64,000 nt of DNA, taken from assembly GCF_029906645.1 (NCBI RefSeq), contig NZ_JARYGZ010000001.1, forward strand, positions 737,208 to 801,207. Reading direction: 5' to 3'. Of the stretch, positions 47,106 through 57,878 are shown one piece after another. How positions within the stretch are numbered: the first letter of the stretch is position 1; each line of letters begins with the position of its first letter. Made by a program: the position numbers and the translations under genes. Under the pieces are notes generated by a model. That model made no database searches, was not told the DNA's origin, and was given only the letters and a program-made list of their open reading frames with translations. Source of the stretch: Sphingomonas oryzagri (GTDB lineage: Bacteria > Pseudomonadota > Alphaproteobacteria > Sphingomonadales > Sphingomonadaceae).

Positions 47106-48044
47106 TCAGAGCCTCAGCCCCTCGGTTTCCGGCAATCCTGCCATCAGGTTGAGATTCTGCACCGCTGCGCCACTCGCGCCCTTGCCAAGATTGTCGAGCG
47201 TGGCGGCAAGGCGCAGGTGGCCGGTCCGCGCATTGGCGAAGACGTAGAGCTTCAGCCGATCGGTGCCGGCGACATCCTCGATGGTGAGCGCCTTGAGTGC
47301 GGCACTTTCCTCCAGCGAGGCGACCTCGACCAGCGGCGAGGCCGCATAGGCGTCGGCCAGCGCGGCGTGGACATGCTCGACGGCGCGATCGGGCAGCTGC
47401 GAGAGGTGGAGCGGCACTTCCACCAGCATCCCGCGATAGGTATTCGCCACCGCCGGCGCAAAGATCGGCGGCACGGAGAGGCCGGCGTGGGCCATCATCT
47501 CCGGCACATGCTTGTGCTCCAGGGTCAGGCCGTAACCACGGAAGGCGGTCGGTGCCGCGCCATTCTCGAATTCCGCGACCATCGCCTTGCCGCCGCCCGA
47601 ATAGCCGGACGTGGCGTTGGTCACGAGCGGGGTAGTGGCCGGCAACAGGCCCTCTCGTACCAGCGGACGGACGAGAGCCAGGAAGCCGGTCGGGTAGCAG
47701 CCCGGATTGGAAACGAAGCGGGCGGAGGCCAGTTCGGCGCGCCGGCCAGGCTCGATCTCCGCGAAACCGTAGGCCCAACCCCCCGCCGTGCGATGCGCGG
47801 TGGAGGCATCGATAAAGCGCGTCGGCAGATCCTCGGCGAGCGCCACCGCCTCGCGCGCCGCGTCGTCGGGAAGACAGAGGATGGCGATATCGGCGGCCGC
47901 CAGCGCATCGGCGCGCGCGGCGGCATCCTTCCGGCGTTCGTCCGGCAGCAGGGTGAGCGCGACATCGGCGCGGTTCGAGAGGCGATCGACGATCTCGATG
48001 CCGGTGGTGCCGGCACCGCCGTCGACGAACACGTTCACAGTCAT
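47106..48044 (-). CDS. argC: N-acetyl-gamma-glutamyl-phosphate reductase (short type)
   Basis: MTVNVFVDGGAGTTGIEI..., catalytic Cys region SNPGCYPTG. Confidence 0.9.
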   Translation of the reverse strand: MTVNVFVDGGAGTTGIEIVDRLSNRADVALTLLPDERRKDAAARADALAAADIAILCLPDDAAREAVALAEDLPTRFIDASTAHRTAGGWAYGFAEIEPGRRAELASARFVSNPGCYPTGFLALVRPLVREGLLPATTPLVTNATSGYSGGGKAMVAEFENGAAPTAFRGYGLTLEHKHVPEMMAHAGLSVPPIFAPAVANTYRGMLVEVPLHLSQLPDRAVEHVHAALADAYAASPLVEVASLEESAALKALTIEDVAGTDRLKLYVFANARTGHLRLAATLDNLGKGASGAAVQNLNLMAGLPETEGLRL

Positions 48045-48900
48045 CACAATCTCCGCAGCGCTGCGATGCCCTGGCCTTCGGGCTGGCGCGCGACCACGTC
48101 CGCGAGCGGCTCGGTCACGACCTGCATCCAGAAGGCATTGGCGTGCAGCAAATGGGTATCGTCGGCCATGATCCCAACATGGCCGGGGAGGAAGACGAGA
48201 TCGCCCCGTCGGAGTTCGTCCCGCGCGACGGCCGCGCCGAGTTCCTGCTGCTGATCGCTGTCGCGCGGTGCCGCGATGCCGGCGAAGGAAAGCGCCAACT
48301 GGACGAGGCCCGAGCAATCGATCCCGTCGCCCGATCGCCCGCCCCAGCGATAGGGCACGCCGGTCAGGCGCGCGGCGATGGAAACATGGTCGGCATCGGG
48401 CACTGCCAACGGCGCGAGATGACGATGATGGATGAAGCCGCCGTCGATCTGATGGAAATCACCCTCGGTCGATCTGACGGCCAGGCGCGCGCCCATCGGC
48501 AGGCGCTCCACCACCGGCGCCTTGATGCTGCTTGTCGCGAATACCAACGCAGCCGGAGACGCGACGATATGCGTCGGCTCGACCAGCGAGCCGATCGCAT
48601 CCACCGGCACGTAGCCTACATAGTTGTCGTGCGTGGAATATCCCCATGCCCAGTCACCGCTGGCATCCACGACCGCAAAGGATTCGCCGCGCAGCAATTC
48701 GGAGACGGCGGTTGCATCGTATGAGGGCGTCGCGCGCATCGGAACGGCAGTGCCAAGGCATCCGTGCAGCAGCGGCTTCGCATAATGCGGCGCGAACACG
48801 CGGTCGGCCAGCGCGATGTCCGCGATGTCCTTCCGGACGGCATAGATGCGGGGATCGAGCTTGGCCGATGCGCCGGCGAGGCGGAATCGGTCAGGCGTGC
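48044..48900 (-). CDS. NlpC/P60 family peptidase with N-terminal SH3-like region
   Basis: LDPRIYAVRKDIADIALADRVFAPHY N-terminal region. C40 catalytic region GVPYRWGGRSGDGIDCSGLVQLAL ... HVGIM. True start uncertain: the track ORF (to 48982) overlaps marR by about 90 nt. Confidence 0.7.
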
Positions 48901-49250
48901 GCGATCTGGGCGACGGCCTGGGGTCGGCGGCGCTCCTTGCCGGCGATGAGGCTTCGGAAGCCTTCAAGAAATTCTGCTCCACGGCTGGTGCGCGTCACGA
49001 AGATGTTGCGGCGATCCCGCTCGTCCCGTTCGCGGCGCAGATAGCCGAGGCGGCCCAGCGTATTCAAGGCGCGAGTGACGACCGGCTTCGATACGCCAAG
49101 GATGCCGGCCAGCCCGCGGACGGTGTGCGGCCCGTTGGTCCGGTAGACCAGCAGCAGCAATGCCATCTGTCGGTTGGTGAGATCCGGCTGGCCCGAGCGG
49201 ACGTAGGCCACGAGAGCTTCCATCCAGGTGCTGAGCATATCGTTCTTCAC
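48891..49250 (-). CDS. MarR family transcriptional regulator
   Basis: Winged HTH (TNRQMALLLLVYRTNGPHTVRGLAGILGVSKPVVTRALNTLGRLGYLRRERDERDRR). Confidence 0.8.
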   Translation of the reverse strand: MKNDMLSTWMEALVAYVRSGQPDLTNRQMALLLLVYRTNGPHTVRGLAGILGVSKPVVTRALNTLGRLGYLRRERDERDRRNIFVTRTSRGAEFLEGFRSLIAGKERRRPQAVAQIAHA

Positions 49251-49348
49251 GCGAGCATCCTACGAATTGCGCCGCGACCATTGTCGCTGGACACAGAGGA
49301 AAACACGCGAAGAGGCCGATCGTTTCCTTCCCGTTCAAATGAACGGCG

Positions 49349-50734
49349 TCAGTTCGACGCGTAGCGCTTGCGGAGCATCGCCCAGACCGCGCGGAGGCCC
49401 AGTGCCTCGCCACCCTTCGGACGGCCCGGCTTGGCAGCCGGATTCCAGGCGAAGGTGTCGAGATGCGCCCAGGGCTGATCGTCGGGCACGAACTTTTCGA
49501 GGAACAGGCCGGCGGTGATGGTGCCGGCGAAGCCGCCGTCGGGCGCATTGTTGAGATCCGCGACGTCGGATTTCAGCATCTCGCGATAACCGGGCCAGAG
49601 CGGCAGGCGCCAGAGCGGGTCACCCGTTTCCTCGCCGGCGGCGAGCAGATCGGCGCACAGCGCTTCGTCATTCGCCATCAGCGCCGGCAGGTCCGGCCCC
49701 AGCGCCACGCGGGCGGCGCCGGTGAGCGTGGCGAAATCGATCACCAGTTCGGGCTTGCCCTCCGACGCCAGCGTGAGCGCGTCGCCGAGGATCAGTCGGC
49801 CTTCGGCATCGGTGTTGGCGATTTCGACGGTCAGCCCCTTGCGGGAAGGCAGGATGTCGCCGGGCCGCATCGCATCGCCGGCGATGGCATTTTCCACGGC
49901 GGGGATCAGCATGTGCAGCCGCACCGGCAGCTTCGATGCCATGATCAGATCGGCGAGCGCCAAAGCGTGCGCGGCCCCGCCCATATCCTTCTTCATCAGC
50001 CGCATTCCGGACGCGGGCTTGATGTCGAGACCGCCCGAATCGAAGCACACGCCCTTGCCGACGATGGCTATGCGCGGATGTGAGGCGTCGCCCCATTCCA
50101 GCTCGACGAGGCGCGGCGCGCGGGCCGGGACAGCGGCGCGCCCGACGGCGGCGACCATCGGGAATCCCTGCTCCAGCCCGTCTCCGCGCGTGGTCTTTGT
50201 GCTGGCACCGTGGCGGTTGGCGACGTCCTCGATCGCGCCCTGCAGTTCGGCCGGCCCCATGTCGTTGGCCGGCGTATCGACGAGATCGCGAACCAGTGCG
50301 ACGGCGCGGGCGAGCGCGATCGTTTCCTCGATGCGGGCGGGATCGTTGGTGAGCAGCACGCGCTGCGGCGCCGGATCGCCCTTCTTGTAGCGATCGAAAC
50401 GATGTTGGGCGAGCAGCCAGCCGAGCGCGCCGGGCCCAGGCTGGCCGTCGGGCAGGCGATAATTCCCCTCGGGCAGCTTCGTGGCGGCGGGGGCGAGATC
50501 CCATGGCCCCGACGTCTCTCCGATGCCGAGCGCACACGACCATTCGTCCGCCTTGTTGCCGGGGATCAGCGCGAACTCGCCGGCCTTCGCCTTGAACTGC
50601 GCCGCCGCGATACCGGCGCGCACGCGCTCGGGCTGGGCGGCGAGCCATTCGTCGAAGCCTTCGGCACGGACGACGTGGATGACATGCGCGGGCTGGCCGC
50701 GATCGGGGACGAGCAGCGAAGCGAAATCGGTCAT
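49349..50734 (-). CDS. pepA: Leucyl aminopeptidase (M17)
   Basis: M17 signature NTDAEGRLILGDALT, VGKGVCFDSGGLDIK. Confidence 0.9.
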   Translation of the reverse strand: MTDFASLLVPDRGQPAHVIHVVRAEGFDEWLAAQPERVRAGIAAAQFKAKAGEFALIPGNKADEWSCALGIGETSGPWDLAPAATKLPEGNYRLPDGQPGPGALGWLLAQHRFDRYKKGDPAPQRVLLTNDPARIEETIALARAVALVRDLVDTPANDMGPAELQGAIEDVANRHGASTKTTRGDGLEQGFPMVAAVGRAAVPARAPRLVELEWGDASHPRIAIVGKGVCFDSGGLDIKPASGMRLMKKDMGGAAHALALADLIMASKLPVRLHMLIPAVENAIAGDAMRPGDILPSRKGLTVEIANTDAEGRLILGDALTLASEGKPELVIDFATLTGAARVALGPDLPALMANDEALCADLLAAGEETGDPLWRLPLWPGYREMLKSDVADLNNAPDGGFAGTITAGLFLEKFVPDDQPWAHLDTFAWNPAAKPGRPKGGEALGLRAVWAMLRKRYASN

Positions 50735-50752
50735 GGGACCGTGTTAACGCCT

Positions 50753-52087
50753 TCAGGCCGGCAATGGCACCCCGAACAGATCATGGTCGTCGGCGTCCTC
50801 GATCTCGACGCGCACGATGTCGCCCGCGGTTAGGTGCCCCGCGTCGCGCAGATGCACCTCGCCGTCGATCTCTGGCGCGTCGGCCTTGGAGCGACCCGAG
50901 GCGCCTTCGCCGTCCACCGCGTCGATGATCACGTCCAGCGTGCGACCCACCTTCGCCTGGAGCTTGGCTGCCGAGATCGCGGCGGTCTTCTCCATGATGC
51001 GCTGATAGCGTTCTTCCTTGACCTCTTCGGGCACGGGATCGGACAGCGCATTGGCCGCAGCCCCCTCGACCGGCTCGAACCGAAAAGCACCGACTCGATC
51101 GAGCTGGGCCTCGTCCAGCCAGTCGAGCAGATACTGGAAATCTTCTTCGGTTTCGCCGGGGAAGCCGACCACAAAGGTCGATCGGATCGCGATGTCCGGC
51201 GCAATCGCGCGCCAGCCCTTGATCCGCTCCAGCACCTTCGCCTCATTGGCGGGGCGCTTCATCCGCTTCAGCACCGCCGGGGAGGCGTGCTGGAAGGGAA
51301 TGTCGAGATAGGGGAGCACCAGCCCCTCCGCCATCAGCGGGATCACGTGATCCACGTGCGGATAGGGATAGACGTAGTGCAGCCGTACCCACGCACCGAG
51401 CTTGCCGAGCTCACGCGACAGATCAGTCATGTGCGCCCGCACCTCGCCGCCGCCCTTCAGCGGGTAGGAGGCATGGCGCAGGTCCACGCCGTAGGCCGAA
51501 GTGTCCTGGCTGATGACCAGCAGTTCCTTTGTGCCCGCGGCGACCAGCTTCTCGGCTTCGCGCAGGATCGCATCCGGCCGGCGGCTGACGAGATCGCCGC
51601 GCAGGCTCGGGATGATGCAGAAGGAGCAGCGGTGGTTGCAGCCCTCCGAAATCTTCAGATAGCTGTAATGGCGCGGCGTGAGCTTGAGATCGCGCTCCGG
51701 CACCAGATCGAGATAGGCGGACGGCGTCACCGGTGCCGCATCGTGCACCGCGCCCACGACCTGCTCGTATTGATGCGCGCCCGTGACGGCGAGCACATCC
51801 GGAAAACGCTCGCGGATCAGCTCGGCTTCCTTGCCCATGCAGCCGGTGACGATGACGCGGCCATTCTCCGCGATCGCCTCGCCGATTGCCTCCAGGCTCT
51901 CTTCCTTGGCGGAATCGAGGAAGCCGCAGGTGTTGACCAGCACGATGTCGGCGCCGGCATAATCGGCGGACATGGCATAGCCGTCCGAGCGGAGCTTGGT
52001 GAGGATACGTTCGCTGTCGACGAGATTCTTCGGACAGCCGAGCGAAACCATGCCGACCTTCGGCGGGGAGGGGAGTTGTGTTGCCAT
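50753..52087 (-). CDS. rimO: Ribosomal protein S12 methylthiotransferase (radical SAM, MiaB-like)
   Basis: Radical SAM motif [11 protein letters not shown]0004 N-domain [13 protein letters not shown]-terminus. Confidence 0.9.
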   Translation of the reverse strand: MATQLPSPPKVGMVSLGCPKNLVDSERILTKLRSDGYAMSADYAGADIVLVNTCGFLDSAKEESLEAIGEAIAENGRVIVTGCMGKEAELIRERFPDVLAVTGAHQYEQVVGAVHDAAPVTPSAYLDLVPERDLKLTPRHYSYLKISEGCNHRCSFCIIPSLRGDLVSRRPDAILREAEKLVAAGTKELLVISQDTSAYGVDLRHASYPLKGGGEVRAHMTDLSRELGKLGAWVRLHYVYPYPHVDHVIPLMAEGLVLPYLDIPFQHASPAVLKRMKRPANEAKVLERIKGWRAIAPDIAIRSTFVVGFPGETEEDFQYLLDWLDEAQLDRVGAFRFEPVEGAAANALSDPVPEEVKEERYQRIMEKTAAISAAKLQAKVGRTLDVIIDAVDGEGASGRSKADAPEIDGEVHLRDAGHLTAGDIVRVEIEDADDHDLFGVPLPA

Positions 52088-52135
52088 GGGGACGCGCGCA
52101 CATAGGCGAAGACGCGGCGTTTTTCCAGTAGGCGC

Positions 52136-53299
52136 TCAATCCGCCAATGTGATGCGGTTCCGCCCCTCTAGCTTCGAGCAATAGAGCGCCTTGTCGGCGC
52201 GATCCATCGCTTCGGCCAGCATCTGCTCGGGCGACGATCCGCCGAGGACCACCGATGCGACCCCGAAACTGGCGGTGACGGGCGCCGGTGCGTCATTGTC
52301 CTTACCGCTGGCGGCGATGTCGATGCGGATCCGCTCCATCGCTTCCGCCGCCTGCCGGGCGGAACTGTTGACCAGAAGCAGCGCGAATTCCTCGCCACCG
52401 ATCCGCCCGACCAGATCTCCGCCGCGCAGCCCGTGGGTCAGGCGCCCGCACACGAAACCCAGCGTCCGGTCGCCGGCGGTGTGGCCGTGGCGATCGTTGA
52501 TGCTCTTGAAATGATCGATATCGGCGATGGCGACGGCGATCGCTTGGCGCTGGCGACGGCCGTTGGCGACGGCACGGAGCGCGGCCTCATGGAAACCGCG
52601 TCGATTGAGCACGCCGGTCAGCGGATCGTTGGCGGCGAGCGCACGCAATTGCGCGGCGACGTCGGAGGCAAGCAACAGGATCGCGCCGATACCGTTGGCG
52701 ACGAACACCGGTGTCAGGCCAACCAGATAGAGCGTGACGAACAACTCGCGCCCTTCGCGATGGCCGGGGCCATGCGAGGCGAGATCGGTGATGACGAGGA
52801 GGAGCTCGAAAAGGACGAAGACGGAGATCGCGCCGATCACCGCCCATTCCGCCGGCTCAACCTTGCGGGTTCGCGGCATGATCGCGGATGCCGCGATCAG
52901 CAGCATGACGATCGTGAACAGACCCGAAGTCGCCGAAGTCCAACCGAACCGGCCGGGCAAGAGATAGGGAAGATCGCCGATGATCATCGCGGCGAGCGTG
53001 ATTCCCACGAAGAGCATGTAGCGCGGGTACAGGGCAGCGCGCTGGCGCGCGCCGATCGCTACCAGCGCAGCCGGCGCCAGCACGAACAACAGCTCGAAAG
53101 GCCCCAGAATGTCCGCGAGGGAAGGCCGGAGCGCCTCCAGCACCTGCGCCAGGATCTCGGCGCCGTAGCAGAGGTAAGCGATCGACCAGCTCAGTGCGTG
53201 AGACTGTCGCCCGAGCGACAGCCACGCGATCGCCATCGCGCCCGACAAGATCAGGCTGATGACCAGCATCGTCCCGGAAATGATCGCATAAGCCTGCAC
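52136..53299 (-). CDS. Membrane-anchored GGDEF diguanylate cyclase
   Basis: Six-TM N-terminal domain, then GGDEF (RIGGEEFALLL, DIDHFKSINDRHGHTAGD). Probable GTG start with GGGGGCGAG Shine-Dalgarno. Confidence 0.85.
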   Translation of the reverse strand: MQAYAIISGTMLVISLILSGAMAIAWLSLGRQSHALSWSIAYLCYGAEILAQVLEALRPSLADILGPFELLFVLAPAALVAIGARQRAALYPRYMLFVGITLAAMIIGDLPYLLPGRFGWTSATSGLFTIVMLLIAASAIMPRTRKVEPAEWAVIGAISVFVLFELLLVITDLASHGPGHREGRELFVTLYLVGLTPVFVANGIGAILLLASDVAAQLRALAANDPLTGVLNRRGFHEAALRAVANGRRQRQAIAVAIADIDHFKSINDRHGHTAGDRTLGFVCGRLTHGLRGGDLVGRIGGEEFALLLVNSSARQAAEAMERIRIDIAASGKDNDAPAPVTASFGVASVVLGGSSPEQMLAEAMDRADKALYCSKLEGRNRITLAD

Positions 53300-53321
53300 T
53301 GACTCGCCCCCGTTCCGTCGG

Positions 53322-54420
53322 CTAGTTCTGTGAGGGCGGCAGGTAGCGCAGCGGATCGACCGGCGTGCGCTTGTTGCGAATCTCGAAATGCAGCTGCGGC
53401 TTGTTGACCGATCCGGTGGCGCCGGCGCGTGCGATAACGTCGCCGCGATGGACGGTCTGGCCGCGGGTGACGAGAATCTGTTCGGCATGGCCGTAGGCGG
53501 TGATCCAGCCGTCGCCATGCTTGATCAGGATCAGCCCGCCGTAGACGGCGATGGCCGAGCCGGCATAGGCCACCACACCATCTGCAGCCGCGCGGATTTC
53601 CTCGCCCTTTTCGGCGGCGATGTTGATACCGTCGTTGCGGCGGCCGTCGCCGGCCGGGCCGAACCTACCGATGATCGCGCCGGACAACGGCCACTGGAAT
53701 CGTCCGGTGAAGTTGCTCGGCGTCGCGACCGCCTCGTCCTTGGGCAGCGGCTTCTTCGGCGTCGCGGTCGGTGCCTTGGGCGTGGCGTTGGAACTGAGCG
53801 CCGGTTCCGATCCGGTGGCGAGATCGTCGATGTCGAGGCTGAAAGCCTGCGCGCGCTGCTCGGGCGTCATGCGCGCGACTTCCGTGTCGCTCGGCAGCAG
53901 CAGGCGCTGCCCGGTACGCAGCGTATAGGGCGGCTGCAGGTCGTTCAGATCGGCGATGCGCGACCATTCGACGCCGTAAGCGCGCGCGATGGCGATGCCG
54001 CTCTGGCCCGAACGGACGAGATGGTAGCGACCGCCCGGAACCTTCAGCCGTTCGCCGGTGCGCACGACGAAGGGGGCGGGAATATTGTTGGCCTTGGCGA
54101 TCGCCTCCGAACCCGCTCCGGTCCTGTTGCCGATCGAGCGGATCGTGTCGCCGTCCTTCACCACGTAGGTTGAATCCGGAATCGTCACCGCATCGGCGGC
54201 AACCGGCTTCGCCAACCACGAGGGCGTCGGCTGCTTCACCGAGCTGGGGATTTCGGTGGTGCGTATCGTGTCGTCGGCTGGATACGGTGTGCCGGCGGTC
54301 TGCCTCGGCGGGCGTGGCGCGGCGGGCTCGCCATAACCGGCGGGCGGCGTGCCGTGCGGAATGCAGCCGGCTACACCGATGCACGCCGATACTATCATCC
54401 ATCGCCCGAAACGCGACGCC
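53322..54420 (-). CDS. LysM-domain M23 peptidase lipoprotein (NlpD-like)
   Basis: Lipobox MASRFGRWMIVSACIGVAGC; two LysM-like segments (YVVKDGDTIRSIG, HLVRSGQSGIAIARAYGV); M23 core HFEIR. Confidence 0.85.
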
Positions 54421-54500
54421 ATGCCGATCCCCGCACTAATCCCCTGCGGGTCCATTAACCTTGATGGTGAACCCTGCCAAGCGCGATAAGCGCTTCCCGA

Positions 54501-55259
54501 TCAATAGCTTGCCGCCAGTTGCGCCAGTGCATCACGATAGGTGAGATCAAGATGAAGCGGGGTAACCGTGACGTATCCGGAACGGATTGCGGCAAAATCC
54601 GTGTCATCGCCGCCGGTCTCCACGACGCCGTTGAACGACAGCCAGTAATAAGGGAAGCCGCGCGGATCGGTGTGCTTGATCATCTTGGCGCGACCATAGT
54701 CACGCATCCCTTGCGCGACGACGCGGATGCCTTCGACTTGCTCGGGTGGCAATGCGGGGAAGTTGATGCTGGCCAACATTCCCGGCGCGAACGGCGTGTC
54801 GAGCAGCGGCCGGATGGCGCGCTCGCCCCAGGCCTCGGCCGCCGCGAAGGGCACGTCCTCGCCGGCACCTTCCTTCGCATAGACCTGGCTCAGTGCGATC
54901 GAGCGGACGCCCGCGAGCGCGCCCTCCATCGCCGCCGAGATCGTGCCCGAATAGGTCGCGTCCTCGCCGAGATTGGCACCCCGATTCACGCCGGAGAGGA
55001 TCAGGTCGGGCTTGCCGTCCATCACCTCCAGCAGCGCCATCATCACCGTGTCGGTGGGCGTGCCGGAGACCGAGAAGCGGCGCTCGGCATGCTTGCGCAG
55101 CCGCAGCGGGCGGGTGAGCGTGAGCGAGTGGCCTGCGCCGGACTGCTCCTCCATCGGCGCCACAACCCAGACGTCGTCCGACAGCGTGCGGGCAATCGCC
55201 TCAGCGACCTTCAGGCCGCGCGCGTGGATGCCGTCGTCATTGGTGACCAGGATGCGCAT
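54501..55259 (-). CDS. surE: 5'/3'-nucleotidase SurE
   Basis: [16 protein letters not shown] ... SGVNRGANLGEDATYSGT. Confidence 0.95.
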   Translation of the reverse strand: MRILVTNDDGIHARGLKVAEAIARTLSDDVWVVAPMEEQSGAGHSLTLTRPLRLRKHAERRFSVSGTPTDTVMMALLEVMDGKPDLILSGVNRGANLGEDATYSGTISAAMEGALAGVRSIALSQVYAKEGAGEDVPFAAAEAWGERAIRPLLDTPFAPGMLASINFPALPPEQVEGIRVVAQGMRDYGRAKMIKHTDPRGFPYYWLSFNGVVETGGDDTDFAAIRSGYVTVTPLHLDLTYRDALAQLAASY

Positions 55260-56539
55260 CAGGCAGGCTCGACCGCTTCGATGCCATTCATGTAGGGCCG
55301 CAATGCGTCCGGTACGCGAATGGCGCCGTCCATCGTCTGGTAATTCTCCATCACCGCGACCAGCGTGCGACCGACCGCGAGGCCCGAGCCGTTGAGCGTG
55401 TGGACGAAGCGCGTTCCCTTGGTTTCACCCGCCGGGCGATAGCGCGCGTTCATGCGGCGTGCCTGGAAATCGCCGCAGGTCGAGCAGCTGCTGATCTCGC
55501 GATAGCGCTGCTGGCCGGGCAGCCACACTTCCAGATCGAAGGTGCGCTTCGCCGTGAAGCCCATGTCGCCGGTGCAGAGCAGCATTCGGCGATAGGGCAG
55601 GCCCAGCGCCTCCAGCACGCTCTCGGCAGCGAGCGTCATGCGCTCATGCTCGTCCTCGGATTGCTCTGGCGCGACGATCGAGACGAGCTCGACCTTCTCG
55701 AACTGGTGCTGGCGGATGATGCCGCGCGTATCGCGACCGGCGGCACCCGCCTCGGCGCGGAAGCAGTTGGTGAGCGCGGTGAAGCGGATCGGCAGCTCCG
55801 TTTCCGCCAGGATCTGGCCCTGCACATAATTGGTCAGGCTCACCTCGGCGGTGGGGATCAGCCAGCGGCCATCGGTGGTCTGGAACAGATCCTCGGCGAA
55901 CTTGGGGAGCTGCCCGGTGCCGAACATCGCCGCGTCGCGCACCAGCACCGGCGGCACGACCTCGGTATAGCCATGTGTGCCGGTCTGCATGTCGAGCATG
56001 AACTGGCTCAGCGCGCGGTTGAGCCTGGCAAGGCCGCCCTTCAAATAGACGAAGCGCGCGCCCGAGACAGTGCCCGCCGCATCGAAATCCATGCCGAGCG
56101 CCTTGCCCAGCTCGTCATGCTCCTTCGCGGCGAAATCGAACGCCGCCGGTTCGCCCCACGTCTTGACCACGACGTTGCCGTCCTCGTCGGCCCCTTCCGG
56201 CACCTCGGGATAAGGAAGGTTGGGGAGCCCGGCGAGCTGCGCGTCGAGCGCGGTGCCGACTTCGGCAGCCTCGGCCTCGATCTTCGGCATCGATGTCTTG
56301 AGCGCAGCGACCTCCGCCTTCTGGGCCTCGGCCTCGTCCTTCTTGCCCTGGCCGATCAGCGCACCGATCGCCTTGGCGGCGGCATTGGCGCTCGCCTGTG
56401 CGACCTGCAGATCGGTCAGCAACTGGCGCCGCCGCTCGTCGAGAGCGAGCAGATCGGCCGATTGCGGCGCGACACCGCGCTTGGCGAGGCCGGCGTCGAA
56501 GGCGGCGGGGTCGTCTCGGATCAGGCGAATATCGTGCAT
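55259..56539 (-). CDS. serS: Seryl-tRNA synthetase
   Basis: [23 protein letters not shown]-terminal coiled-coil; class II motifs ([24 protein letters not shown]). The track ORF extends upstream of the real start. Confidence 0.95.
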   Translation of the reverse strand: MHDIRLIRDDPAAFDAGLAKRGVAPQSADLLALDERRRQLLTDLQVAQASANAAAKAIGALIGQGKKDEAEAQKAEVAALKTSMPKIEAEAAEVGTALDAQLAGLPNLPYPEVPEGADEDGNVVVKTWGEPAAFDFAAKEHDELGKALGMDFDAAGTVSGARFVYLKGGLARLNRALSQFMLDMQTGTHGYTEVVPPVLVRDAAMFGTGQLPKFAEDLFQTTDGRWLIPTAEVSLTNYVQGQILAETELPIRFTALTNCFRAEAGAAGRDTRGIIRQHQFEKVELVSIVAPEQSEDEHERMTLAAESVLEALGLPYRRMLLCTGDMGFTAKRTFDLEVWLPGQQRYREISSCSTCGDFQARRMNARYRPAGETKGTRFVHTLNGSGLAVGRTLVAVMENYQTMDGAIRVPDALRPYMNGIEAVEPA

Positions 56540-56625
56540 GGAGGGCAGGCTATGGCGACGGCTCGCGGCTTTCGCAACCGTCTCGCCCCGCTGACGTTGG
56601 TCGGGAAACAGCCGAAGGAGAAAAG

Positions 56626-57067
56626 TATGCGTATTCCCCGCAACGCGATGGTTCTCGTCACCGACGGGCGCAAGCGGCTGTTCTTCCGCAACGAGGGTGA
56701 GGCGATGGCGCCCAATCTCGTGGTGGTGTCCGCCGTCGAGCAGAACAATCCCAAGACGGGCGAACAGGTGACGGACTCGCAGGGGCGGGCCTCGTCCCCG
56801 GTGACGGGAGGCGGGGCGATCCCGTCGGCCGACGCGCACGACATCGAGGAGCAGCGCTTCGCCGCCGAGACCGCGCAGGAGCTGAGCCGCGCCGCGCTGG
56901 CCGGCGAATTCGAGAATTTGATCCTCGTCGCACCGCCCCGGACGCTGGGGCAATTACGCAAGACGCTGCATCAGGAAGTGGAAAAGCGGACGCTGCGGGA
57001 GGTCGCAAAGGATGTCACCGGACACCCCGTTGGTGAAATCGAGAAGCTGCTCGTGAACCTCGATTGA
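56626..57067 (+). CDS. Host-attachment-protein family protein (baeRF12-like)
   Basis: [38 protein letters not shown]... 147 aa; AAGGAGA Shine-Dalgarno 6 nt upstream. Confidence 0.7.
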
Positions 57068-57182
57068 TGGGTTGGATCGTTTCACCGTCCCAACGGTTCG
57101 ACTCATCTATCCGCGCTTCGCTTTCCGCGTTGCCGCGCGTTTCTGATCTGTGTTCCAGCGTATTTCGGATGGAGGGTTCCAC

Positions 57183-57806
57183 ATGAAGTTGATCAAGACG
57201 GGGCTATTCGTGGGGGCGAGCGCGTTGATTCCGGCGGTGGCGCTGGCGCAGGCGGCACCGACGAGCGCACCGCCTGCGGCTGGTGCCGCCACGACAGCGC
57301 CGGCCGCTGCGCCGGCTGCCACCGCCCCGACGGCCCTCGCGGCCGGCGCGAAGGTTGTCGATACGTCGGGTGGACCGGTCGGCACGATCGACAGCATCGA
57401 TGGCGACTATGCGGTGCTGGCCACCACCAAGAGCAAGGTACGACTGCCCAAGACAAGCTTCGCCATGGGGCCGAACGGCCCGGTGATCGCGATGACGGCG
57501 GACCAGATCGACGCCGCCGCTGCCCAGGCTGCCCCGGCGCAGACAGCGGCTGCCACAGCAAAGCCCACGGTCGCGCAGGGTGCTGCCGTGGCTGATATGC
57601 AGGGCGGGTCGGTCGGTACCGTTGCAGCGGTCGACGGTGAGTTTGCGACCGTGCAGCTCGCGTCGGGCACCAAGGTGCGTCTGCCGGTTTCGTCTTTCGC
57701 GGCCGGTGACAATGGCGGCCTCAAGATCGCGATGACCGCGCAGCAGCTCGGAGCCGCGGCAGGTGCCAGCAAGCCGGCGGGCGGAGCCGGCGGCGCCGGC
57801 AAATAA
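57183..57806 (+). CDS. Secreted protein with two tandem PRC-barrel-like repeats
   Basis: Signal peptide MKLIKTGLFVGASALIPAVALAQA. Repeats VVDTSGGPVGTIDSIDGDYAVLATTKSKVRLPKTSFAMGPNGPVIAMTADQIDAAAAQA and VADMQGGSVGTVAAVDGEFATVQLASGTKVRLPVSSFAAGDNGGLKIAMTAQQLGAAAGA. GGAGGG Shine-Dalgarno. Confidence 0.75.
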   Translation: MKLIKTGLFVGASALIPAVALAQAAPTSAPPAAGAATTAPAAAPAATAPTALAAGAKVVDTSGGPVGTIDSIDGDYAVLATTKSKVRLPKTSFAMGPNGPVIAMTADQIDAAAAQAAPAQTAAATAKPTVAQGAAVADMQGGSVGTVAAVDGEFATVQLASGTKVRLPVSSFAAGDNGGLKIAMTAQQLGAAAGASKPAGGAGGAGK

Positions 57807-57878
57807 GGCGCTTCGCCAAAAAAGAAGAGGGCCGCGACGCACCCGCGTCGCGGCCCTTTCTGTATTAATCGGAGTGGC

